Below, one piece after another: positions 18,576 to 28,377 of a stretch of 64,000 bases of DNA (the first letter of the stretch is position 1; each line of letters begins with the position of its first letter). This stretch comes from Candidatus Babeliales bacterium. GTDB taxonomy: Bacteria > Babelota > Babeliae > Babelales > JBFXEV01. The position numbers were made by a program, and so were the translations under genes. The DNA lies in contig OY970310.1 of assembly GCA_963716425.1 (NCBI GenBank), forward strand, positions 1,110,769 through 1,174,768, given 5' to 3'. The notes under the pieces are model-generated. The model searched no databases. It worked only from the letters and a program-made list of their open reading frames with translations, and was not told the origin of the DNA.

Positions 18576-19967
18576 ATGTTTAACTCTCTGGTGAATTATT
18601 TTTATCCGGATTTAAAGCAAGATGAAATAAGAAAATTTACCTTGCTTGGGTGCACTCTATTTCTTACCGTAGGTGCTTACTGGTTGTTACGCCTTTTAAA
18701 GGATACCCTCTTTTTTAAGGTGTGCTTTCCAGAAGACCTTGGTTGGTTACCTTGCCAAGGGCGGTTACTCCAACCTACTGCAAAATTTTGGTCGCCTATT
18801 GTAGTTTTGGCCCTTGTGCTTGTCTACTCAAAATTGGTAGATTTGGTTAAAAAACATGTTCTCTTTTATATCATTTGTGCAGTATATGCAGTGCTCTTTG
18901 GCACCTTTGCCGTCGCATTATTTTTACGTCAAACGCATGGCGACATCTATTTGGGCAAATCAGCACTTGCTCTGCTTGGGTGGGTCTCCTACTTTGCCAT
19001 CGAAAGTTTTGGATCATTAATTATTGCGCTCTTTTGGTCCTTTACCAATAGTATTACCACCTCGGATGCTGCAAAGCGTGGGTACCCGCTCATTATAGCA
19101 GCGGCCCAGATGGGTGCTATAGGCGGATCGTCACTTATGTTCCTTGCGCATAAGGTTGGTCTTTGGCAGCTGTTTGCTTTCGTGACATTGTTCACCTTGA
19201 GCATTATACCCATGATGTACTATTTCATGAAAACAACCCCTTCCTCGCAAATGGTCAGCGATACTCAATTGCATGAGCATGGCAAAGAACCGAGCCATAG
19301 AGGATTTATGGAGGGTATTCGGTTACTTGCCACAAAGCCATATTTAATGGGCATCTTGCTGGTTACTACGTTGTTTGAAGTTATAAACCAGATACTTGAA
19401 TATCAAATGAAGTCACAAGCTGACATGTTCCCCGCATTTGAAGGAGAAATAGGGTTTGCACATTTTCAAGGGCTCTATGGCGTTTCTACTAATATTCTCT
19501 CATTCTTGATGGCACTTCTTGGTACCAGCTATTTGATTAAGCATTTTGGTTTACGCTTTGGCCTGCTCTTTTTCCCTATGTGCTTAATTAGCGCACTTAT
19601 TGGGTTGCTTGCCTTTTACGTGGTGGGTATGCCCAGCGCTGGTGCGTTGTTACTTGCTACTTTTTTGGTCATGATCATGGCAAAAGGGCTTGGCTACGCG
19701 GTCAATAATCCCGTGAAAGAAATGATGTATATTCCCACAAGCAAAGATGCCAAGTTTAAAACTAAAGGTTTTATTGATGTATTTGGTGGCCGTATGGCAA
19801 AGCTTGGTGGTGCTCAAATAAATGATATGTTTAAGCATAATTTGGGTGACTTGCTGGTGTACGGTACGTTGTTTAGTTTTGGCCTGTCTGCCGTATGGAT
19901 TATAGCGGCAATCTACGTGGGCAACAAAAATGCTCAACTTGTTCGCGACGGTGAGATTGTAGAGTAA
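18576..19967 (+). CDS. nucleotide transporter of the ATP/ADP translocase (NTT/Tlc) family
   Basis: 463 aa, multi-pass membrane protein. N-terminal signature KFTLLGCTLFLTVGAYWLLRLLKDTLFF resembles the Tlc/NTT family start (F.Y.ILR.LKD.L). Confidence 0.8.
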   Translation: MFNSLVNYFYPDLKQDEIRKFTLLGCTLFLTVGAYWLLRLLKDTLFFKVCFPEDLGWLPCQGRLLQPTAKFWSPIVVLALVLVYSKLVDLVKKHVLFYIICAVYAVLFGTFAVALFLRQTHGDIYLGKSALALLGWVSYFAIESFGSLIIALFWSFTNSITTSDAAKRGYPLIIAAAQMGAIGGSSLMFLAHKVGLWQLFAFVTLFTLSIIPMMYYFMKTTPSSQMVSDTQLHEHGKEPSHRGFMEGIRLLATKPYLMGILLVTTLFEVINQILEYQMKSQADMFPAFEGEIGFAHFQGLYGVSTNILSFLMALLGTSYLIKHFGLRFGLLFFPMCLISALIGLLAFYVVGMPSAGALLLATFLVMIMAKGLGYAVNNPVKEMMYIPTSKDAKFKTKGFIDVFGGRMAKLGGAQINDMFKHNLGDLLVYGTLFSFGLSAVWIIAAIYVGNKNAQLVRDGEIVE

Positions 19968-19971
19968 GTTC

Positions 19972-20403
19972 ATGATATTCAATCCACTTGTTCCTGAATT
20001 CTACGTTTTAGATTTCCAAAAGAGTTTAGATTTTTATGTTAAGGTACTGGGTTTCAAAGTCGAGTATTGGCGTGATAATCCCCAATTTGCTTTCTTATCT
20101 TATCAAGAGAGTCAGCTTATGATTCAACAGGAGGAGGAGAATGATGATTGGCATAATGGCATACTTGAATATCCCTTTGGGCGTGGCATTAACTTTCAGA
20201 TTCGCACTGATGATGCGGAGCGATTGGCAAACGTATTAAAAAATAATGGGTATCCTTTAAAGCGAGGATTAAAAGAGAGTTGGTATCAAGCACATGATAG
20301 GCTCTATGGCTATCGAGAATTTTTGATCATGGATCTTGATGGATATCTTTTGCGTTTTTCTCAGCCTCTTGCCATTCGTGCTTCTCATTCCAATGTTGAC
20401 TAA
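19972..20403 (+). CDS. glyoxalase/bleomycin-resistance (VOC) family protein
   Basis: 143 aa. PEFYVLDFQKSLDFYVKVLGFKVEY ... REFLIMDLDGYLLRF, the typical VOC beta-alpha-beta-beta-beta modules. Confidence 0.75.
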   Translation: MIFNPLVPEFYVLDFQKSLDFYVKVLGFKVEYWRDNPQFAFLSYQESQLMIQQEEENDDWHNGILEYPFGRGINFQIRTDDAERLANVLKNNGYPLKRGLKESWYQAHDRLYGYREFLIMDLDGYLLRFSQPLAIRASHSNVD

Positions 20404-20420
20404 CAGGGTTTTCGTAATTG

Positions 20421-20840
20421 TCACTTTTTTGGTGACTCTTGCGCCCAAAGCTTTTGGAATTCTTGTACTATGCCTGGATAATCTTTTAATATAACGGTAA
20501 GTACTTCTTTTTTGTAGTAATCTGCCAGTCCTTGTACTCCACTTAAAGTGCCCACTTCCTGAAGTGCAAGAGCTCTATAATGCCGTGTTAATGCTGCTAC
20601 TACTCTATTCTCAACTTCAAAGACAAATTCCTTTTTACCACCCAGCACATGCGCCAGATTATATGTTTCAGTATCTTGCTCAGTAAGAACAGTATTGTTT
20701 GTCAAACGCTGAATAATAACTTCTTTGGTAGGCATTTGGCACTCTGTATTGAGAAATTCGGGTTTTGTAGGGGCGTCCATTCCATGGCAACTCGCTCCGC
20801 TCAATAGTATTACGCCGATTATCATAACGTTAAGCTTCAT
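20421..20840 (-). CDS. small secreted protein, module-B family
   Basis: Leader MKLNVMIIGVILLSGASCHGMD. Body CQMPTKEVIIQRL...LKDYPGIVQEFQKLWAQE is paralogous to 22351..22710 and to internal segments of 20856..22238. Confidence 0.6.
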   Translation of the reverse strand: MKLNVMIIGVILLSGASCHGMDAPTKPEFLNTECQMPTKEVIIQRLTNNTVLTEQDTETYNLAHVLGGKKEFVFEVENRVVAALTRHYRALALQEVGTLSGVQGLADYYKKEVLTVILKDYPGIVQEFQKLWAQESPKK

Positions 20841-20855
20841 GTGTATCCCTTTATG

Positions 20856-22238
20856 TTACTTTTCAGTTCCAAGTTCTTCTAATTTCTTTAATATTGCTGG
20901 GTAATCTTGCATGAGGGCCCGATACAGAAATTTTTTTGCTGTTTGTGAGATAACGTCTGCCTGCCAGGGCTTTTGACCGCCTTGGATCAAAAAACTTTTA
21001 TATTCATCTATTGCGGCATTTACTTCTTGGCAAAATTCATCCCCAGTAAATGATTCACCAGCAAAACGGGCAATTACAGACGTTCTTGCCTTCAGGTGAT
21101 CAAGTGGTGGTTCTTGTAATCGTGTACTTAATGTTTCTTCGGTAGCCATATGAAGTCGGCCAGAAGTTGCCCGTTGTGCTACCATAATTTCCGTTTCTTT
21201 TGCCATCACTTTTTGCAGAGTTTTATATTCGCGGGGATAGCCTTTAAAAATAAGCGGCAGTAGCTCATTTTGAATTCGAGCGCCTTCTTCAATACTTTCA
21301 TCTTCGGTATAATTTTTATTTTCTTGAAGGTATGTGCGATAATCTCCTAATGCCATTTGGAATTGGGCTCCAATTACGAGCGTAGGAAAATCTTTGCCAG
21401 CAAGGCGCTCAAGTAAATCGCAATGGTTTAGAACGTCATCAAAATCAGCCAGTTGCTTTCTCAGTTCCTGTCTTGCGGGCAGCTGACATTTTGTGTGGAG
21501 AGGTTTTTCGAAGTTTTTTACTTCTGTTTTAATATAGGTTGCAAGCAGTGGGCATGATTCTTCCAGTGCAGCAAGTTTGGTGCGCTTTGTGTTTAGATAA
21601 ACGTCTGTAATTATTTCATCTAAACAGGCATTTAAACAGCCACAACTTTTTTCTCTTAAGAGTGGCACTATTCTACTCGTGAAGCCGGAATTAAAAAAAC
21701 CTGAAAATTCATCTGTAATATCAATGTGATTTTTTAAGTCAATGGAGACTGGTGTAATACGTAACGTTTCATCCTCATAGCAAACCTGCGTAATTCGAAG
21801 GAGTGTTTTAAGAGCTACTTGCGAGCTGATGGTAGAGCACCCTTTAGGAAATTGTGTATCTATTGATTGGGCGAGTAACGCTACTTTTTCAGGAAATATT
21901 GATGTTGCAAAGTGTGATTTATACGTTTCAATGCAAAGAGCTCTAAGGGATGATGGACAGTCTGGTCTCTTTACCTCGTCCATCCGCCGTTGCTCCTCCG
22001 GAGCGCCCGCTACGCCTAAGCTAGGGCTTGGCCAGATGGCGTGATTGGTATCGTTACGTCCTTCGACAAGCTCAGGGTTCGCGGTCCTTGGCGAAGTTTG
22101 ATCCATTGCATAACAATTGGTGAGAGTAGTTAACAACGCACCAATAATACTCATTTTTAGACTCATAGGGTTCAAAAGCACCCCCAACATGACAACTAAC
22201 AATCTCATAGCGCTTCTTTGGTTGTGAGATACATGCAC
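20856..22238 (-). CDS. secreted modular protein (module A + repeated module B); start uncertain
   Basis: 460 aa. Leader ..MSIIGALLTTLTNCYAMD. The segment SLRALCIETY...LRITPVSIDLK...LLATYIKTEVKNF parallels the 197-aa protein at 22721..23314. Two B-like segments end in KGYPREYKTLQKVMAKE and QDYPAILKKLEELGTE. Confidence 0.65.
   Translation of the reverse strand: MHVSHNQRSAMRLLVVMLGVLLNPMSLKMSIIGALLTTLTNCYAMDQTSPRTANPELVEGRNDTNHAIWPSPSLGVAGAPEEQRRMDEVKRPDCPSSLRALCIETYKSHFATSIFPEKVALLAQSIDTQFPKGCSTISSQVALKTLLRITQVCYEDETLRITPVSIDLKNHIDITDEFSGFFNSGFTSRIVPLLREKSCGCLNACLDEIITDVYLNTKRTKLAALEESCPLLATYIKTEVKNFEKPLHTKCQLPARQELRKQLADFDDVLNHCDLLERLAGKDFPTLVIGAQFQMALGDYRTYLQENKNYTEDESIEEGARIQNELLPLIFKGYPREYKTLQKVMAKETEIMVAQRATSGRLHMATEETLSTRLQEPPLDHLKARTSVIARFAGESFTGDEFCQEVNAAIDEYKSFLIQGGQKPWQADVISQTAKKFLYRALMQDYPAILKKLEELGTEK
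22058..22087 (+). repeat. REP-like element core lying inside the coding region of 20856..22238
   Basis: GTCCTTCGACAAGCTCAGGGTTCGCGGTCC, compared with CCCTTCGACAGGCTCAGGATGAGCGGTCGA (11581 copy, reverse complement). It encodes ..ANPELVEGR.. on the gene strand. Confidence 0.5.
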
Positions 22239-22350
22239 ATAGTGTTATTGTACCGGGGTCGCATAAACTATGCAAGCACTGTTATGGGGCAGTTTATCCA
22301 TATATTGAGGGGTTAATTTCATTATTTCAAAAGTGATTGCACCTATAGAA

Positions 22351-22710
22351 TTACTTTTTAGGTTCTTGTGCTTGCGCCCCTTCAAGTGTGAGTAGCGCCT
22401 TCGGGTGATTGCTGAATAATATTGCTAGTAACGTTTGTCTATCTTGCAGCAATTCTTGGTGGTTTGCATAGAGATTGGTGAGCGTTGCATCAACGGTCTC
22501 TTTTACTTCTTCAATAAGCATTTCTTCGTCTGCAAGCTTCTGCACTAAATCAGTAGTATGGGTAAGCCTTTTTAAGATAGGATTACCAGAGGCTGCCAAG
22601 CGCTTGCAAAGAACTTCTGCGGTGGGCATTTGATATAAGGTGAACTCCATAGCAAAGCAATGCAGTGTTCCACTTAATAACATACTGATCATAATATATT
22701 TTATTTTCAT
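22351..22710 (-). CDS. small secreted protein, module-B family
   Basis: Leader MKIKYIMISMLLSGTLHCFAME. Body YQMPTAEVLCKRL...LFSNHPKALLTLEGAQAQE. Confidence 0.6.
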   Translation of the reverse strand: MKIKYIMISMLLSGTLHCFAMEFTLYQMPTAEVLCKRLAASGNPILKRLTHTTDLVQKLADEEMLIEEVKETVDATLTNLYANHQELLQDRQTLLAILFSNHPKALLTLEGAQAQEPKK

Positions 22711-22720
22711 TAATCTTCCT

Positions 22721-23314
22721 TTATGGGCACCATTGAATAGCAGCCTCGTACTTTTTTATCTGAAATTGCGAATATGCTTTAAGTTCACTTTGAATAAAGG
22801 TAATTAATACAGGATCAGCTTCTTTAAAAAGGTCATGCTTTTGCCAATTTCCATTTTTATATAATTCTACTACAACAAGTTGCGTGCATAGGTGTACTAC
22901 GCCGCTTCTATTTTCTTTTAGCCTTGGTAATATTTCCGCAGTGAGTTGCCCAAGAAGAGATGGAAATTTATTAAGAACATCCTTCGGAATGACTTTTATT
23001 TCAGTTGAGATTGGTGTAATGCGCAACCAATCGCTTTCTTCTTTAACTTCCCTAGATATTTCAATTAATGTAGAGAGAGCTTTTTCCTTGCTTATGGAAT
23101 TAGGGTTTTTCAGGTCGTTAGTGTATTTTTTTTCAATGGCTTCAGACAATTTTTTACAGTGCTCTGGAAGCGTTGAATGCAAAGTCTTAATGCACAGTTC
23201 AACAAGGGATTTTGGTTGGTTTGGTTTTGTTGGTAATACTGTTACTTTTCTAGGAGGTTCCATAGAATGCATAGCAGAGGGAAGTAGAAATAAAAGTATT
23301 AAAAATTTTCGCAA
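22721..23314 (-). CDS. secreted protein, module-A family
   Basis: Leader MRKFLILLFLLPSAMHSME. SLVELCIKTL...WLRITPISTEIK...VLITFIQSELKAY is paralogous to the N-terminal half of 20856..22238. Confidence 0.6.
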   Translation of the reverse strand: MRKFLILLFLLPSAMHSMEPPRKVTVLPTKPNQPKSLVELCIKTLHSTLPEHCKKLSEAIEKKYTNDLKNPNSISKEKALSTLIEISREVKEESDWLRITPISTEIKVIPKDVLNKFPSLLGQLTAEILPRLKENRSGVVHLCTQLVVVELYKNGNWQKHDLFKEADPVLITFIQSELKAYSQFQIKKYEAAIQWCP

Positions 23315-23487
23315 GGGCTGCTCATAGAGTAGAATGTTGTTTTCTTTCTAATTTATAGCCAAATACCGCTAAAGTAAAGGCTTTTTTGAGTATTGTGGTG
23401 CGGTGAGGGATTGTCTATCATACAGATTAAAAAGAAGGGGGACAAAAGGCAAGAGGTATTGGTAACAAGGAGCTTTGATTATTGAGT

Positions 23488-23520
23488 AAGAAAAAGGGGG
23501 TGATACATATATCACCCCTT
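23488..23520 (-). terminator. Rho-independent terminator of 23527..23922
   Basis: GGGGTGATA-cata-TATCACCCC perfect stem. On the minus strand it is followed by a U-run (plus-strand AAAAA at 23491-23495). Confidence 0.7.
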
Positions 23521-23526
23521 AATTAA

Positions 23527-23922
23527 TTATTGAACTTTGTTTGCATTCAAAGTAATTCTAAGAGCGTCAACTTGCTCACCTTCAGGTGATTGTGCTCCCA
23601 TTGCAATTGTTCCTGTATCACCAAGAGCTACACAAAGTGTAGGAGCTGATACAAGTTCATAGTCGCCCGCAGCATTTGCACGAAACACTGAGTATTCAAC
23701 TGTTGTAAGGTCTTCTTGCTCAGAAATTACTTTAGTTTCAATGCGCATACCATTGGTATTGTAAATAACAGCTGATTCATTTGTATCAAGCTGGATTTCA
23801 GTAACAATAGTTTGTGCGGCATCGTTGCAATCCACTTCAATGCATGAAGTTAATTGTACGCGCGCCAATGCAGGTTGGCATGCCATGAGCAAACCAAGTG
23901 CAAGTAATTTGGAGGTAGTCAT
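23527..23922 (-). CDS. hypothetical secreted protein
   Basis: Internal start MTTSKLLALGLLMACQPALA is a classical AxA signal peptide. The upstream 52 codons of the track ORF look non-coding. Confidence 0.6.
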   Translation of the reverse strand: MTTSKLLALGLLMACQPALARVQLTSCIEVDCNDAAQTIVTEIQLDTNESAVIYNTNGMRIETKVISEQEDLTTVEYSVFRANAAGDYELVSAPTLCVALGDTGTIAMGAQSPEGEQVDALRITLNANKVQ

Positions 23923-24080
23923 TGTAAAACCCTTTCTGTTGTTGTTATTATAACTGACTGTCTGTAGATTACCCTTTGGCAGAGGAAAGTCAATGCAATT
24001 TGCAGGAATAAATACACCGGAGTACACTGTTAACACATGGTGAAATATATTGCAAAAATTAAATATTATAAGATACACAT

Positions 24081-24755
24081 ATGGTAAAAAAACAAATTAT
24101 TGCGATTGGTGGCAGTTTTGAATCGCCTTTTGCACTTGAGCGTTACATACTCTCACAAATTGAAAAAACGAACCCCAAAGTGTGCTTCTTGCCTCAAGCG
24201 AGCGCTGAGTCTAAGGAATACATTGTCAGATTTTATGATATGTTGACTGGAGTTGGCGCACATCCATTTACTGTTTCTTTATTTGGTAGAGTTGCTCCAA
24301 ATTGGAAAGAACGTCTTTTGTCTGCTGATATTATTTTTGTGGGTGGCGGCAACACGCGTAGCATGCTTGCCTTATGGCGTGAATGGGGTGTTGATAAAGT
24401 GCTCAAGGAAGCATATGAAAAAGGAATTGTTTTAGCTGGCGTGAGCGCCGGGGCCATTTGTTGGTTTGAGCAAGGCATCACCGACTCAGTCTGGCCGCTT
24501 GGTGTGCTCGAATGTTTGGGATTTTTGCCTGGCAGTAGTTGTCCGCATTACGATACGGAACCAGAACGGCGACCTACTTTTCTTAAACTCATGAGTGAAC
24601 GTGCAGTAAAGCCGGGTATTGCATTGCCTGATCACGTTGCGGCCCATTACGTTGATGGTGTATTGCATCGCGTAGTGAGCGCCAAACAAGGCAAGCAGGC
24701 AGTCCATGTGACCCATGAAGGTGAAATCGATTTGGAAACTATTGTGTTAGATTGA
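24081..24755 (+). CDS. S51-family peptidase (dipeptidase E-like)
   Basis: 224 aa. IFVGGGNTRSMLALW, nucleophile elbow LAGVSAGAICWFE, and a downstream PHYD His. Confidence 0.8.
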   Translation: MVKKQIIAIGGSFESPFALERYILSQIEKTNPKVCFLPQASAESKEYIVRFYDMLTGVGAHPFTVSLFGRVAPNWKERLLSADIIFVGGGNTRSMLALWREWGVDKVLKEAYEKGIVLAGVSAGAICWFEQGITDSVWPLGVLECLGFLPGSSCPHYDTEPERRPTFLKLMSERAVKPGIALPDHVAAHYVDGVLHRVVSAKQGKQAVHVTHEGEIDLETIVLD

Positions 24756-26393
24756 GCTAGTTCCTCTTAATGCTTCTTGGAGTGTATCAAATACGCATCC
24801 AGTATCTTGTAACTTTCTAAACGCTTTGCTTTGTAACACCATATTTTTAATGTGTGCAGTAGGAGCAATGAGCGCTATAGTTTGCCCGCGATTTTGTAGC
24901 AGTTCAATAATTTCTTCTATTGCATCAACGCCATCCAAATCAATGTAATATATGTTCTGTAATTCTAAAATTACGTATTTATAGTGCATAAAGTCGGTTT
25001 GGAAGCGCTCGATATGTGCTTGGCTATTAAGGTATACCAATTTTCCTTTAAATGCATACACAAGAATATACTGTTTTTCCGCTTCCTTTACACTCTCCAA
25101 AGATCCTTGAGCTATTTCATGCACACTGGTTTCATAATAACTTTCTGCCAATTTATTAATGAGTAGCAAAAGGGCCATAGTAGCACCTGCGAGTATGCCA
25201 ACGACTGCGTCTTCGTACACCATCAAGCCTGCGACCATCAATGCAATAAAAAAATTACTTTTGTCATGTTTATATAATCTATTAAAATGTTCTCGCTCAA
25301 TCATATTGAATGCAATAAACACCAATATTGCAGCAATAACTGCCATGGGCATATAGGCAAAGTAAGATAAAAATAGAAATGAGATAACCACCATGAATAT
25401 ACTACTGAGCACCCCAGAAAGAGAGCTCGTTGCATGTGCTTTTATATTATAAGTGGTTTGAGCAAGGGCTGCTGTGGTGGGTATGCCACCAACTAGGCCA
25501 GACACAACGTTGGCGATTGCAAGACCAAACATTTGTTTGCGAGGATTATGCTTTGTTTTGGTGAGTACGTCGCCAAGTTTGGCAGCAAGCATGGCCTCAA
25601 GGATTGCCACAAATGCAATAATAAGTGCGGGTGTGATAAGGCTCATGTGAAAAGTAATGCAAGGCACGTGAAAAAGCGCAGGCTTAATTGCGCCAAATTG
25701 GCCGCCCAGTGTTTGTACGGAGAATGGTAAAATTCCCTGAGTAGCCATATATCCTACTGCAATACCAATGGGTGATACTATGATTGCTCCAGGAATAGAA
25801 GGAATTATTTTTTTAAGGAGCAAGAGAGCGATTAAAAATAAGCAAAAGAGTGCACATGCTGGAAGATACAATTGGTGTATGTTTTTGAATGACTCAAAGA
25901 TGTTTTCAAGTAAGGTAGGATGCTTAGGCAATTTTTCAAGCCCTAATGCGGCATTCAATTGCGTAAGTATAATAATTAATGCAATGCCTAACGTGAATCC
26001 ATGGATTACGCTTGAGGGAATAAAAATAAGATAATGTTCTAATTTTGCAAAGTAAGCAATTAACATAAAAATACCAGAAACAAGTGCCAAGCTGGGAATT
26101 TGCTCGGGACCATGCATAAGTGCATACGCTGCAACAAAGCTTGAAAGTGCTCCCGTAACACTGAGTATAGTATAATTACTGCCGCCAAATAGTGCCCCCA
26201 TAAAACCTACCCAAATTGCAGTAATAATGCCGGTAACAGGATTCACACCGGAGGCTACCGCAAGGGAAATAGAAACGGGCAGTGAAATGAGTGCGACGGT
26301 AAGCCCGGACTTCCAGTTTGATTGAATGAGGTCAAAGCTTAAAAATGAGTGTTTCATAAAATCTTTATTGTTGAGGTTGTTTGGGCTATTCAA
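24747..26393 (-). CDS. SulP-family anion transporter with C-terminal STAS domain
   Basis: 548 aa, multi-pass. GLAIANVVSGLVGGIPTTAALAQT. The C-terminal STAS-like YILVYAFKGKLVYLNSQ...LQNIYYIDLDGVDAIEEI. Confidence 0.88.
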   Translation of the reverse strand: MNSPNNLNNKDFMKHSFLSFDLIQSNWKSGLTVALISLPVSISLAVASGVNPVTGIITAIWVGFMGALFGGSNYTILSVTGALSSFVAAYALMHGPEQIPSLALVSGIFMLIAYFAKLEHYLIFIPSSVIHGFTLGIALIIILTQLNAALGLEKLPKHPTLLENIFESFKNIHQLYLPACALFCLFLIALLLLKKIIPSIPGAIIVSPIGIAVGYMATQGILPFSVQTLGGQFGAIKPALFHVPCITFHMSLITPALIIAFVAILEAMLAAKLGDVLTKTKHNPRKQMFGLAIANVVSGLVGGIPTTAALAQTTYNIKAHATSSLSGVLSSIFMVVISFLFLSYFAYMPMAVIAAILVFIAFNMIEREHFNRLYKHDKSNFFIALMVAGLMVYEDAVVGILAGATMALLLLINKLAESYYETSVHEIAQGSLESVKEAEKQYILVYAFKGKLVYLNSQAHIERFQTDFMHYKYVILELQNIYYIDLDGVDAIEEIIELLQNRGQTIALIAPTAHIKNMVLQSKAFRKLQDTGCVFDTLQEALRGTSSI

Positions 26394-27994
26394 TTGGCTT
26401 GACGCAAGATTTCTTGTAGATTAGCAACTATAAATCCTTTAGCTTCTAATTCTTTATATCGCGGGCATCCTTGGAGCATGTTGCCAATGGGTGCTGATGG
26501 TGCAATAATATATACTGTTTGACCTCGTTTTTCTATCATCTCAATAATTTCCTCGAGTGCATCAATACCATCAAGATCAATGTAATACAAATTTTGTAAC
26601 TCCAAGACCACGTAATCATATTGGGTAAAATCTGTTTGAAATCGTAAAATGTGTGCTTGGCTATTAAGGTATACTAATTTGCCTTTAAACGCGTACACAA
26701 GAATATTTTTCTTTTTTGCAGCATCAAGTGTTTGCTCGGTATCTTTATGTAGTTCATGTATTACCACTTCATAATTACATTCAGCCAATTTGTGGATTAA
26801 AAGAAGCAGGGCCATCACTGCTCCTGAGAGTATGCCTATAATAGGATTTTCTGCCACCATAATGAGCGCCACAAGTACTGCAATATAAAAATTGGGTTTA
26901 TCGTGGATATAGAGCCGCTTGAAATGCTCTTGCTCAACCATGGTGATTGATATAAATATTAACATTGCAGCAATTGCAGTTACGGGCATATAGGCAAAAT
27001 AAGATAAGCACACAAAGGCAATACCTATCATAGAAATGCTTGAAAAAAGGGCGGACAAGGCATTGGTAGCCCCCGCATTAATATTGAAGGTAGTGCGGGC
27101 AAGCGCAGCGCTTGCGGGAACGCCACCAACAAGCCCTGAAACAATGTTGGCTATTGCAAGGCCAAACATTTCTTTGCGAGCATTATGTTTGGTTTTGGTG
27201 AGCACGTCTGCAATTTTTGCAGCAAGCATGGTTTCCAGAATGGCAATAAATGCAATCACAATCGCAGGTGTTATTATATCTTGCGTAAAATAGAAAGTTG
27301 GTATTTTAAATAACAATGGGGTGATCGTACCAAACTGATTACCAAGCGTTTGAAGCTTGAGTGGCAGTATTTGAATGCTCGTGAGGTATCCGATAACAAT
27401 ACTTAAAGGAGCTACTATAATGGCTCCTGGAACTCTGGGCATCAGTTTTCTAAGTAGTAAGAGACAAAGAAAAAAGAAGCAAAAAGCGAACACGGAGTGC
27501 CATGCATATTCATGCACATGCTTAAATGATTCGATAACGTTTGCGAGAAAATTACTCTTTTTTGGCACATTTTCAAGGCCAAGTGCACCGTTTATTTGAC
27601 CCAAGAAAAGCATTAATGCAACACCGAGCGTAAATCCGTGGATTACACTTGAAGGAATAAAGATTAAATACCGTTCTAACTTGGTAAGATATGCTCCTAA
27701 TATGAATATCCCCGAGACAACTGCTAAGGTGGGTACGGTTTCTGGGCCATGTTGCAATACATATGATGCAATAATGCCTGTCAGTGCACCGGTCATGCCA
27801 ATCACATTATAATTACTGCCACCACATAATGCACCAATGATCCCTGCCCAAATTCCGGTGATCATACCGAGCACGGGATTAACACCAGAGGCTACAGCAA
27901 GTGAAATTGCTGAAGGCGTTATCACCAGCGCAAGCGTGAGCCCTGATTTAACATTGGGAGTAAAGGAAGAAAATGAGTAAAATGACCGCGCCAT
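26390..27994 (-). CDS. SulP-family anion transporter with STAS domain (tandem paralog)
   Basis: 534 aa, collinear with 24747..26393 (e.g. IFIPSSVIHGFTLG, AKIADVLTKTKHNARKEMFGLAIANIVSGLVGG). 4-nt overlap with the downstream paralog. Confidence 0.88.
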   Translation of the reverse strand: MARSFYSFSSFTPNVKSGLTLALVITPSAISLAVASGVNPVLGMITGIWAGIIGALCGGSNYNVIGMTGALTGIIASYVLQHGPETVPTLAVVSGIFILGAYLTKLERYLIFIPSSVIHGFTLGVALMLFLGQINGALGLENVPKKSNFLANVIESFKHVHEYAWHSVFAFCFFFLCLLLLRKLMPRVPGAIIVAPLSIVIGYLTSIQILPLKLQTLGNQFGTITPLLFKIPTFYFTQDIITPAIVIAFIAILETMLAAKIADVLTKTKHNARKEMFGLAIANIVSGLVGGVPASAALARTTFNINAGATNALSALFSSISMIGIAFVCLSYFAYMPVTAIAAMLIFISITMVEQEHFKRLYIHDKPNFYIAVLVALIMVAENPIIGILSGAVMALLLLIHKLAECNYEVVIHELHKDTEQTLDAAKKKNILVYAFKGKLVYLNSQAHILRFQTDFTQYDYVVLELQNLYYIDLDGIDALEEIIEMIEKRGQTVYIIAPSAPIGNMLQGCPRYKELEAKGFIVANLQEILRQAN

Positions 27995-28377
27995 GCAAAG
28001 TCCTTAGTTATGGAGAAATGATAGTTCACTCTCTAGTATAAATCATTGGTAGCGATTATCCAAAGAGTTGCGAGATTTTTTTGAGAAAAACGTTCGCTAG
28101 AGCTTATTTGTTAAACCAGTTGCTGTCTGTTGCCTAGTAATTCTTTTAATGATCAGCTGTTTTTTTAGAATAGGATGTATAAAAGTTCCTTGCCATAGCG
28201 CCGTAATGCGAAATAATATTGTTTTATCAAATGAGTGCAGTGCTTTTGCACACAATATACAAGCTGATATTGCATATTGTAGTGTGAAATTATTAAAATG
28301 CATATGAAATAATTGGAATTTATTACAAGTAGGGTAAGCTAAAATAAATTATTACTAGCAAGAATAGGGACTTTTTT

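Noticed and set aside
28097-28303. 68-aa ORF in the SulP/ANK divergent intergenic region
   Set aside because: It has no RBS, an AT-rich low-complexity translation and no paralog. The region is more likely a promoter region.
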